Assembly (NCBI RefSeq): GCF_032062105.1
Contig: NW_026939309.1
Coordinates: forward strand, 434,001 to 498,000
Origin: Saccostrea cucullata
Lineage: Eukaryota
Direction: 5' to 3'
Length of the DNA stretch: 64,000 nucleotides
How positions within the stretch are numbered: the first letter of the stretch is position 1; every line of letters begins with the position of its first letter. The notes under the pieces were generated by a model that saw nothing but the letters and a program-made list of their open reading frames with translations, was not told the DNA's origin and did not search any database. Both the position numbers and the translations under genes were made by a program. Below are positions 48,001 to 59,900 of the stretch, piece by piece.

Positions 48001-51000
48001 TAATAAATTACGTGTAATTGGTAGCAAATTTTCATAATTTGAAACGCATAAAATGTATACATATTCATTTAATTGCGATTCATCTGAAGAAAACAAGTTT
48101 ATTATTTTCCAAGGTATAGATGTTAAATTATGAAATGTTTGTAGTAAAGTCTTTGTCGGGGAAATATTTATTACAGGTTAAAAAATCCTTAACACTAACG
48201 GTTAAAATAAAATCATTAAAAAGAAAGTCTTTAACCTCTAAAACGTTTAATGTATACTTTCATACTGCATTGATGTTTTAAGTTAAGAAGGCTGAATGAG
48301 CACTGGAGACGTTACTACATGTACATGCAACAGCCTGATTCAGCAATTTTATAAATGATCGAAATTATAATAAATTGTTTTCAGGAATCCAGAACACCAG
48401 AATCTTCTTTAGTACATGTCGATAAACCATGCACAAAATGATAATAAGTTGGAATGTTTTAAAAGTGTTCAAACGATTCGTATGAATTTGTAACAATTTC
48501 TATTATAATCATAACATTTTAAGCGATGTATCATGTTTGCGATTTTTACATTCGGTGTATTGTGTATAACTTCATGTAACAAATTATGAAAAGGTCGATA
48601 AACACATGATCAATCTGTTTAATTTTCAATCATAAAATATTTTAGATAGTGGGACTGTAACTTACAACGTATGCGAGCATCCATATATTCAAGACAAATA
48701 TTTCAAGAAGTATCCAAAGAAATAGAGCAGACACGTGACACAGGAGAAAGGGGGTGGGGGTGGGGGTTCTACATTTTTGTACAACATGAGGTGTCCAACA
48801 ATAAAATGAATTGAGAAGCTCAACAGGTCTTTCTTCAAAATATTCATTTTAAATCAACAGCTAAAACCAATTCCGGAAGAAGTGTCCAAATCAAATACTC
48901 TGTGTCGTATCTATGTTTTTTTTTTAAATTAAACTTAACTATTTATCAATAATAGTTCACGTTTTATTTATATAAACGGCAGCGTTAACTGTCCCAACTC
49001 AGTTTATACCGTATAAATTGGGTAGCTATTTAATTCATTCCATAAATAAAAGAGAAGTTATTCAGGAAAATTTTCATTGCATCGTTATTTAAAAAAAAAA
49101 ATAACTTAATTTAATGCTCCTGTTAAATTTTTCTTGCATGTGCATCAAGATGAAACAGCTGGACATTAAATTTAATAAAAACTATCTTTAAAAATTCGTT
49201 TGTTTGACCTTTTAAAATTAATCGACCAAAATCTTTTTAAGACTTCCAAATTATTTATCCCGGAATTTTTTCATCCTATCAACAACTTTCTTTTTTATTT
49301 CAGAAATGCCTTCAATCTTTTTCAACACCGAAAATGTCTGACAAAAAAAAAAAAAAAAAAAAAAATTTGAATTACCTACCGATGCAATTTTTTAACACTA
49401 ATAGGGAGAGGGCAAACAAACTTCATTTTAAAATGGCCTTACGGAAATTTTTCAGCCACCACTGGAAATCTTTAAAAAATACACACTTAATTAATTGTGA
49501 AAAGGAAAGATCACACAGACACTTGATGGAGACTAGGTTTGTAATGAATAAACTACATCAAATTACACCCAAGAATCTGTCTTAGTATATAAATATAACA
49601 ACATCCCCTTTTTCTACCGGGATCGAGAGTTTCTCTCAAGGAGACGTTTTTACGTCGAATTTACCTTGTTGACTTTAGACGCGTCTTCTGACGTTACGTC
49701 ATAATAAAGATAAGGGAGGTTTTTGCTTGGCGCGTCACATATGTACTTGACATTATTATATTTTCATGGCATAAATTATATTTTAATTAATGAAATGAAA
49801 TCATAATCAGGGGTTTATGTACTTTTAAAATATACTTAGTTGGCTGCAAAATAATAATTCCTTTAATATCCAATTCTTTCTATGACATCACTAGGTATTT
49901 GAATACACGTGTTGCAATTAAAAATAAATAAAAGCAGGGGATCACAAATCCCATTACCCGACGCCGGGGGCCAGTGATTTTTAAGAATGGGCAAGTGAAC
50001 TTTTATCAACCACATGGGCAAGTGACTTATCAAAACTAAAATCAATCTGTAAGCTGTGGATTAAAGCTGGGCATAGGGACTTGCATGACCTACTTAATAT
50101 TTGTCTTCCTCTTTTTAGCTCTACTGGTCAGCGACCAGAAGAGCTTATGCGATAGTAAGGTGTCCGTCATCCGTCCGTCTGTCTGTCTGTCTGTCTGTAA
50201 ACAATTTTTCAAAACGCTACTCCTCCTACAGTTTTGGAATATAACTTGGCACACAAGTAGACTACACCAAGATACATAAAATGGTGCATCGGTTTTTGAT
50301 TTCGATGAACGGTGTTGCCATGGTTACTAAAAATAGAATTTTCTGCAAAATTCCTTTAAAACGCTACTCCTTCTACAGTTTTGGGCTGATTTCAATATTA
50401 CTTGACACACAAGTAGACTACACTAAGATGATAATATAGTGCATTGGTTTTCGATTTTGATGAACGGTGTTGCCATGGTTTCTAAAAATAGAATTTTCTG
50501 TAAAATTCCTTTAAAACGCTACTCCTTCTATAGTTTTGGTCTAATGGCATTGGCTTCTTTTCTCATCCTTAAGTTTGTTAAGTACAAACCAATAGAGCTA
50601 CAGTCTTGACAGAGACTTCTGGTTTTGAAATGTTTTAATAAATACATTATTACTTGCTTGCGCTACCATAAACTAAATTAGTTTATGGTAGCGCAAGCAA
50701 AAATTCTGGTAGGGCAAGTGAATTTTGACCATGTACTTGCCCTTGGACAAGTGCCTTAAAAATCTGTTTGTCAGCCCATGAATTGTAAAAGAATGAAACA
50801 CATAAAGTAAAGGGGTAAATGCATGATAAAGTCCTTAAAATTCTATTTTTTTAGTCGTATGGTTTTAATATTCATTGAAAAATTCTATCAAATTGTAGGT
50901 AACTTTTAATCCCCTCTAGTTGTCAAGTGTCACTTCTTGTTATTTTATGTACTGAAAGTTTTTTTTAATGTATCACAATTACATCATATATATTCTATTT

Positions 51001-54000
51001 CAGGTACTAGAAGAAGTGTGTAAAAAGCAGGGATTCCTTCCTCCCGAGGACTACTCACTTAAGTATGATGTGTACATTATTGTCTTGTGTGAATACAAAA
51101 GTGGAGGGACATCAAATCTCATTTGTCTCTATGTCTTACAAAAAGCTTTAATGTTCTTAAACTTCAGTGCTTTTAAATGAGAAAAAATTAGAACTCTTTC
51201 TTAAGAACACTTTGCATGTACTTCAAATATGCAAAACTTCTTTTAGCATGGTGAACAAACAAGAGTGTTACAATATGCAATAGGCCATTGGAATTGAATA
51301 AATTTGCCCCCAAACTGGGGGATAAGTATTCTCTGAATTTTCTTTTTTCCACAACAAAGTTGGAGGGAATATAGCAACAGCCCGGGCATGTTTTGGAGGT
51401 GGGAATGGGGGGTGAGTGCATGTGTAATAGAAATGACCTATATCATTATTTTATTGTATTACAGACATGGAAGAAAGACTGTAGATGTTACCCTCTCCAT
51501 AAGATATTCCAATCTCCCCAACAATGTTAAACTGGAGCTGGTGAAGAGTGAGTCCAGCCGAGCGGAACAGGACGTCCTGATTGCCCTACAGTTGGAGGAC
51601 GGACAGAGACTACAGCACACATTTCCCCCCGCCACCTCACTGTGGGACATGTTACAGCACTGGGAGAAAGCGGACAGGTCAGGCTCCAGCAAGCATGTAC
51701 TGATAATTAGTTCTTTTGGTTGTAGAGTAATGTGACAGTGAATAGTGTCTTAGATAGTTTTCTTCCATCAATAAGTCACCGGTGCATCTGTTAGTTCCAC
51801 AAATAGAGCATGTTTTACTCTGAAAAGTGTTGAAATGTCAGGTCTTACTGAGACAGAGTATGTAGAGCTTTACTGAAAATGAATTTTTATGAAAAACAGT
51901 CTTTAAAGAGTAGTAGTAATTTTTATTTTGATATAGTGCTCACACAGGAAACCTATGTAAGGTGGATCCGACACATAAACCCCCCATCCAGACTACTTGT
52001 ATCTACATGAGAGAGGAGGTAAGTTTATGTTTCAAATGTACATACATAGGTGGTTATAAACTAGATCTGCTGGTCCCAAATTAACATAATAAAAATTCAT
52101 TGTATTGAGTTTGAAGACCTGCTGTATCATGTATAAAAGTATGAAACAATGAAGATTTATTTTATTCCCAGGTAATAGGCGAGATTGCCCTACAGGCCAT
52201 GACACTTAGAAAGCTGGGTTTAACTGGTGGAAAAGCTGTCATAAGGTATACAGTATGTGAATACAACCCAGCAACAAACTATTGAAGAATTTTTTTTTTA
52301 GATATTTTCTATTTAATCAAAGTCAAACATATGATTTCATTTTAGAATTAAAAAAAAATTGGATGTTGGTGGTAGTAAACACATTCAGAATGTTTTTTTT
52401 TTTCAGACTTGTTCACAGACCAGTAGATGATGCAGTGATGGCAGAAATTTTAGATAAAATAGAAAGAGAGAAAACAAAGCTGGAGAAGCTAGACTCATTA
52501 GCTCAAAGACAGCTTTCGCAACAGGAGGATAAATCTCTGCCTCCTAAAACTGAAGAGTTAAAGTCTGAAGACAAGTCAAAATCAGCTGAAGACAAATCTG
52601 AAGCCCTGACCCAGTCAACAAGTCAGACATCAGAAGCCATGGAGGTAGACCCAAAACCCAGTACATCAGTACCAAGCACATCACAGCAACCAATGGAAGT
52701 AGAGGACAGGATTGAAACCCCAGGTCATAGGGCAGCAAATGAGGCTAGAGGTCATAGTCATGGTAATCGGCAGCAGGAGTTTGTAGAAACAATCAGGCAG
52801 ATGAATATTCCAGGGGTTCAAGTGTTTGCTCCTGGAGATTTTGATGAATTATCACCACAAGAACAAGAGGTAGTGTGAAGTAGATGTACCACAAACTAAT
52901 AACCTAAAGAGCAGCCATGATATTAAATATACAGCATTTATTCTAAGTAAAATGGAACCCAGTTATACTTTTATACTAAATTGTAGATTGCAAGACGTCT
53001 GGCAGCACATTACATGCCACAAATGGGTTTACAGCCAGCACCCAGTCGGCAAGCAGCAGGGGCATCAAAACCAAAGAGAGGCCGACCTCAGGAGACTGTC
53101 CAGTTCACAGAGTTCAAGGTCATTTTATTATTGTTGTGTATTTATCTTGTTTGCGAACAAAAAATCTGATGAATACCCACAACAGTTTTCTTTTGTGATA
53201 CTTATAATTTATATGTTTTTACATTTACACAGTTTCCAGAGGACACAAAGGGAAAAGATGTTTATAAAAATGAACTAAGGTGGGTTAATTTATATCTTTG
53301 AGAAGAAGGGAAATCAATACATTAGTTTGTAAAAGTCAATGTTCAACTCTTTCTTATATACCAGTAAAATATTAGAATAACTGTGTGATTTAGAAAAGAC
53401 TTCCAAAGATCACGTAATGTTTTTTTTACCTTGTAGTGAAGTCAATAGAGAGGAATACAAGGTAAACCCAGAAATCTTTCTGTTATTTTGCAAATGCCAT
53501 CTTTTGCCAACTTTTCTTATGCTGTTTTTCTCCATACAACATATATTTTTTGTCAATGTGAGTAAATTCTATTTCACTTTAGCCCTGTGATAGAGAAGCT
53601 GTTTTATTTAATGCAGAGGAAGTCATCAGATCTACTGCTTCAAATGAAGGTCAGTTGACTGCTATACACCAGAAAGATGATAGAAAATGTATAATCTGGT
53701 TTAAAATGAAGAAGTTTTTACAATTACATTATATACATGTATCAGTGAAGGAAACATAAATTTTTCTCATTATAATCAGATAAGAGATGTACAAAACATA
53801 TTCTAGTTATTAAGCCTGTATTTCAGTAAATTTTCTATTTATTCTGGATTGTAGATCTGCCGGATGAATTCTTTGAAATAACAGAAAATGATATCAGGAA
53901 AATGATGGTGGACCTTCAGAAGAAAGCGTGAGTACTTCAGTTCTCTACTAAACTCAGATGTATTATCAAAATGCTAACAGTAAAACACTTATCACTTATT

Positions 54001-55818
54001 TTGTAGTACATGTAAGTAGAATTGTTGATTGATTTCAAAATAAGTTTGAAGTTATTCGTGAGATCCCTGTTAATTTTAATATGAATTCTAACTGTTTTAA
54101 ATTGGAAGGGGGGGGTGTAAGGGAGTATTTTGAGGTTCATTTGTTCAATTGAATGTAACATTTTGCACTTGAATACAGTTTATATTAAAAGATCACACAA
54201 AGCTTTATAATTTATCTACACAGAAAAAGTGAGACGGATCAGCCCCTGTTAACACGGAGCATGGTCCAGGACAGGCTGGAGTCCCAGTATTCTAAGTACC
54301 AGCACGTGGTCATCAGAGTCCAGTTCCCAGATAAAGTGGTGCTCCAGGGACTGTTCCGACCTAAAGAGACAGGTGAGAGAGAGAGCTACGACTGGTTTTC
54401 ATTTAAATGTGGTTTCTTCACTTGTTACAGGGAATAATGATGATATTTTGAAGTGCATAATTTATTTCTGTCGTTAATCCATTACTGACTGATTGATTGA
54501 TTTTTCAGTTCATGCTTTGCATAAATTTGTGAAAGAATATCTGGAAGACAAAAGTCAAGGATTTTATCTTTGTAAGTAGGACATTCAGAACTATAACCAG
54601 GCATATGTCATGGAGAGGGATAAACTGATCACATTGAATTATATTTACCAACAGAAAGCTGTACATGTGTCATGATTAATGTTAATTTTCTGAATTATAT
54701 TTCAGACACTGCTCCTCCAAAACAGGTGTTAAAGGACCAAACACTGAATTTGATTCAGGTATTGTATGCGTTTTATAACCTCTGTAATTTTATAGTCTTG
54801 ATGCTAGAATACATACATGAACATGTGCATGCAAGTTAAATGCAACAAAGTACCAAGATGAAGCTGTATATGTGGGTGTATTTTACAGGCAAAACTAGCA
54901 CCAGCATCTGTTGTGTATTTTGGATCAGAGGCGACTAAAGGTTTGTCACTTTTAAAACATAGACACAGTTAAACTAGAGATTTTACTCCGGTAATGTGTA
55001 CCGTTCATTCTTAATTTACACAATTTCTGTCAAACTTTCAGATCATTATCTCTCTGAGGCTGTGATGAAGGAAATCAGTCCAAAGACTAAAGCAGAGGAG
55101 ATTGTGGAAAAAAGGCAGGGTTTTTTGAGAAATTGTTTTGAAAAAAATTTATAATATATATTATCATAACCTTCTTGTCAGAAAATCTCAAAAACTTCTG
55201 CTGTGGGGTTGAAAGATAAATGGATGGTGTGTTGGAAGACATGCAGATACATAGAGGTATCTTGATTTTGTAAATCTTTTAAGTTTCCTCTATTTGTTTT
55301 ACAGCTTGCCTAAGGATGAGACTCCAAGTTCATCAAGAAAAGATCAAGTACCTGGCCCTTCTAAATCAGGCCCATCTAAACCAAAACCAAGCAAACCAGA
55401 CTCTGACTCCTCATCCGATTCCAAAAAACCGGGCGTCCCAAAGTGGTTTACTGCAGGTAGTGTCAAATCTTCTGCCTTTACTTGCCTCTTCTATTGATAA
55501 TGTGAAAATCCTGATAACTAGAAGTTATCACCCTTTTTCAACTAAAAATAATTGAATATTGTTTCCAAAACTTTTAAAAATTTAACTTTGATACTAAAGT
55601 TGCAATCACCTTCAAGTTTCAAAGATTTTCATTTATTTCTCATGTAAAAAATGTCCATATATTGTTGTCTATTAACAAGTTGATTAAAATTTTTGTTTTC
55701 CATATAGATTTAGAATCTGTAGGTCTTAGAAATCAAAAGTTGGGAAATTACTGTGCATACCAGAAAACAGAATTAGTTTGAGTTTCATAGAATTATGACC
55801 CTTGTTTTAGGAAATTAG
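45006..55818 (+). CDS. ASPSCR1: Tether containing UBX domain for GLUT4 (TUG/UBXD9), multi-exon
   Basis: MSTVQVLCPNGRRQNVKVTPNTKLLQ|VLEEVCKKQGF..RYSNLPNNVKLEL; IALQLEDGQRL; TLRKLGLTGG; LPDEFFEIT; UBX VIRVQFPDKVVLQGLFRPKET; C-terminal VPKWF. The last mini-exon (55811-55818) is inferred. Confidence 0.95.
45325..49739. mobile_element. 4.4-kb non-autonomous TIR element in ASPSCR1 intron 1
   Basis: Perfect 29-bp TIR TGTGACGCGCCAAGCAAAAACCTCCCTTA flanked by TA on both sides; no transposase ORF seen. Confidence 0.85.
46892..47322. mobile_element. hAT-like MITE with 6-bp TSD, nested in the 4.4-kb element
   Basis: TIR CAGTCTTCAC.AAATC; TSD AAGGCA at 46886-46891 and 47323-47328; GGGCATGT subterminal motifs. 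Confidence 0.8.
50113..50626 (+). mobile_element. Non-autonomous Helentron (HINE) with ~150-bp internal repeats
   Basis: TTTTAGCTCTACTGGTCAGCGACCAGAAGAGC head, (CCGT/CTGT)n, ~2.3 copies of the AAAACGCTACTCCT monomer, 3' TAGAGCTA plus a short hairpin. It sits within a decayed GGGCAAGT-rich hAT-like element (~49935-50780). Confidence 0.8.
50654..50700. repeat. Perfect 47-bp palindrome (23-bp arms, 1-nt spacer)
   Basis: TTGCTTGCGCTACCATAAACTAA-A-TTAGTTTATGGTAGCGCAAGCAA. Confidence 0.95.
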
Positions 55819-56993
55819 TCCTTGAACCACCAAAATTGAAAAATTCCTCAGAAATGCCTTTTTCATTGAAAATTTTTATTATGAAGTATGGCCCTAGAAT
55901 TCCAAAAAAACCAAGCATATTTCATGAAGCATGTTAGTTCTTTGTGAAAAGCCTATCTGAGATGTCTTAAATATGAATTGCTTCAGCCGTACATTTATTA
56001 TCGGAATATTTGTTGATGCTTCTTGTTCTTGTTTTTCAGGAAAAAAGTGACAAGTTTCCAAGTCTTGGAATGATTTGATCAAACACTGCATTCTTCAGCA
56101 CTTGGATGGTGGTTCTACCTATTAGCCTCATTCTGACAATATAGTACATGACATTGACGTCAATCACTCTTCATTTCAAAGAAATAAATGGGCTTAAAAT
56201 CTCTACAGAGGTGTTCTTTATAATTAGAGTTCAAGGAACAGAGGTTGTTCCAGTTGATTATGTACTTTGAATTTATGAATTTTCGTGAGGGTTTAATTTT
56301 CATTGTTTTCAAGGCATGGAGAGACCCACAAATTAATGACCACGGAATGTAAAATTTGTATGCATTATAAGTTTGTATGCATTTACATGATATGTAAAAT
56401 TTCATATACATTACCACTTAACATTCTCCAATCATGAAATCAAATCCCCGGAAACCAATATTTTTTTGATAGCACACACAAATTTTATAACTAGTTATAA
56501 ATAATTTATTTCCAACAAAATGCAATATATCTCTAACAATACATAATTATACAAAGAAAACTGATAACAATATAGAGATTTACTGTACAACATAAAAGAT
56601 GAACAAGTAGGCATGGTATACTTTGGTGTCTGCTATCACAGTCATGAACAATTCAGAAAAATATGTATGAAAGTCAAAACATTTTAAGAAGAAGCACATT
56701 ATGTATGTTACATTTAAAAGAAAATTTGATAAAGAATGTGAAATAATAAAAGACACTTGTTTCATCATCAGCCTCAGGTTTAAGCAGTAATATTTGTGCT
56801 TTGCACTCATTCAGTTGCTAATCTCAGTTAAACACAGTTGTACAATTCTGGCATTCACAAGAGCCAGCACCTTTCGATCTGTCTGTCATGGTCCTGTGTG
56901 ATGTGTGACTAATAAATAAAGGTGACGTTTACAGTCTTATGAGCTCCTACTGGCAGCCATATTGAAAGCACCTGGAGGGGGTCCCGAGTCGTA

Positions 56994-59900
56994 TCAGCGG
57001 TACAGGGGAGACAATCGCCGAGGGCTGTTTCGGGCAAGTTTGTCATTCTGAAAAATTATAGACAATCACATTCACAATTCTATCACTGGCAGTGTACCAC
57101 AAATTGTTCAAACAGTTAGAAAAAAATCAACATCTCTGAATTCAGCAAAGGCTCCTGTGTGTGAAATTTTTTTAAGTTTGAAAGGAAAGATATACATGTA
57201 TTATGCTAATCTAGTGTTTGGTACAATAATACACCAGAAGTGAATGTTAAAGTGCATTAGATATCACTATATATAGTGCATCAGATATCACAAACTAATA
57301 AGTGAGGACAATTTAGGGATATCACAATACTGTTAGAATAATACACAATATCTAGTGGTGATTATCAGGGGTGATAACTCTGGCAAGGCACTTGGTGGGA
57401 TTTACTCTGAAAGTAACTCAGTGGGATTGTACTAAGGTAGATAACTGGAAAGGAACTCAGTGTGATTTTATCAAGGTGGATAACTCTGAGAGGGAAGTCG
57501 GTGGATTACTCTGTACCTGACAGGCACATCGACAGGGAGGAGGGGCACTTAGGTAGGTGTGTCTCCGTGATTGTCGCACTTCTCTCGGAGACTCCTGGTT
57601 AGTTATATAGACTCTCGGAGAATCCTGGTTATTTATCAAGACATGTTAAGCACAGAACAGACAAAAAATAATGTCCTGATTACAGAAAGAGCATTTTTTA
57701 TCTAGAGAGAGTTTTTAGAGTAAAGTTGGATTATTTATTACAAAATCTGAAATAGGAAGAGCATAATAAGGGAGGTAACCTAATATTTACTCAACATCTT
57801 AAAGTCATGTTAGTCTTTTTGATTGGGGTTTTAACTATCAAGAACTCTTTAGGTAACTATGAAATTCATTAGAACTTACATAGACAGGGTAATCATGTAG
57901 AACCATGCCCGCTGAACGTCCAAACCCGTGTTCCGCTTCATTTAACTTTAACAACATATCGGCTCTCTCTTTACCCCAACTTCTGGAATTCTCTAAAAGC
58001 TGTAACAATCAAAAATATTTTTAAAATTTTGTAATGTTTTGATGCCTGTCTTTTTAAACCTTATTTTTATCTTAACAAAACTTTCAATAGTTTTTTATAC
58101 TGATAATGTTTGAATAAATAAGCATGCATGTTAAATGTTTCACTAATCTAAATAAATATTTTGAATGCTTGTCGTATTTAAATAAATATTTATAATTTTT
58201 CACAATTTAGAATAAATATTTTAAATAACCCCATGTGAAGATAAAAATTTGAATGTTTTTCAATAAATAAGATTATACCTGGGTTTCTAGAGACTGTATC
58301 CTGGCCTCGGCTTTCTCCAGAGCCTGATAGAGCTCCAGTTTATCTGTTTCAGAGGTGGAGGATCCTTTGTTACTTAATCTCAGCTGATCCTGAAATTGAT
58401 AATTTCCAAATAAAGACAGAGATTTGAAAAAAAAAAAATTATTCTAAGTGATCCTTTCCTATTCTTTGCCCTAAAAATTGTTTATTTTTTATCCTTACCC
58501 GTAAATCATCAGCCTGTTGTCTTAGTCTCTTGTTCTCCTCTAGCAGGGCTTCATTGGCTTCTTGGGCAGCATCTACTGGCAGAGAATTTAATTACTTGTA
58601 TTATTTAGAATTCAAAATCAGATGAATGCCAAATGCTTACTTCAGACCAAGGTACAAAGCATGTGACTTACCTGTTGACTTTTTGCCCTGGTCTCTTTGT
58701 TTGACTTTCCTGTTGACTTTTTTGTCCCAGTCATATTGTGACTTACCTGTAGACTTTTTGCCCCTGTCTCTCTGTATCTTACCTGTAGACTTTTTGCCCC
58801 GGTAACTGTGTGACTAACCTGTTGATTTTTTGCCCCACTCTCTCTGTATCTTAACTGTAGAATTTTTGCCCCACTCTCTCTGTGACTTACTTGTTGATTT
58901 TTTGCCCCAGTCTCTCTGTATCTTACCTGTAGAATTTTTGCCCCTGTCTCTCTGTATCTTACCTGTAGAATTTTTGCCCCTGTCTCTCTGTGACTTACCT
59001 GTTGATTTTTTTCCCCGTTCACTGTGTGACTTACCTGTTGACTTTTTGCCCCAATCTCTGTTTGACTTACCCCTTGACTTTTTGCCCCGGTTATAGGGTG
59101 ACGTACCAGTTGACTTTTTGCCCCGGTCTCTCTGAGTGACTTACCCGTAGACTTTTTGCCCCGATCTCTGTTTGACTCACCTGTTGACTTTTTGCCCCGG
59201 TCTCTGTGCTGTTTTTCTAGTATCTTCTCCATCTTCTCTATGACCTTCTCCTGTTTTTTACACGCCTCCTCCACAGTCCTCATCTTCTTCAGTTTCTCCT
59301 GGAGTTTGGTGATCGCCTCGTTCTGTTGTTTGTAGTTCTGAGCAATCTTTATATACCTCTTTTCTTGGTCATTTTTCTAAAGAAAACAAATTTTATTTAA
59401 GTTCATTTCTAGATTTAACAGAACTCTTTTAAATTAATCTTAGGAAAAGTGTGCAGTTGTTTTCTTTAAGACTTGGTCAAATGTAAAAAAACAAAGAAAG
59501 AAGTTTTTTAAAAGCTTACCGGGGGGGAATTCATATTTATACATGTATCACATCATCATATTTATATAGATTTACATTATGAAATTAAATAATATAATAT
59601 GGAAACAGTGCCAATAATATACTATCACACTTGAGTGAAGATATTGCAAAGAAGCCTGTGAGTGTTAGATATTGTACCTTAATGAGTTCGTTCTGTAGTT
59701 TCTGAACTTTGTCTTTGTAAGCTTGTATGTCACCCGAGTTTGACTGCAGCGTTTGTTTTAGTGCAGCTGAAAAAAGCAAATGGTGTGCAAAATCCCAATT
59801 ACCCACTAAAAATCCTACTAAAACTTAAGGTCAGACGAGACGTTCCTCAAAATCTGTTTTGTATATCTTTGTAATGTATGAAAACTATTAAAAATTTTAA

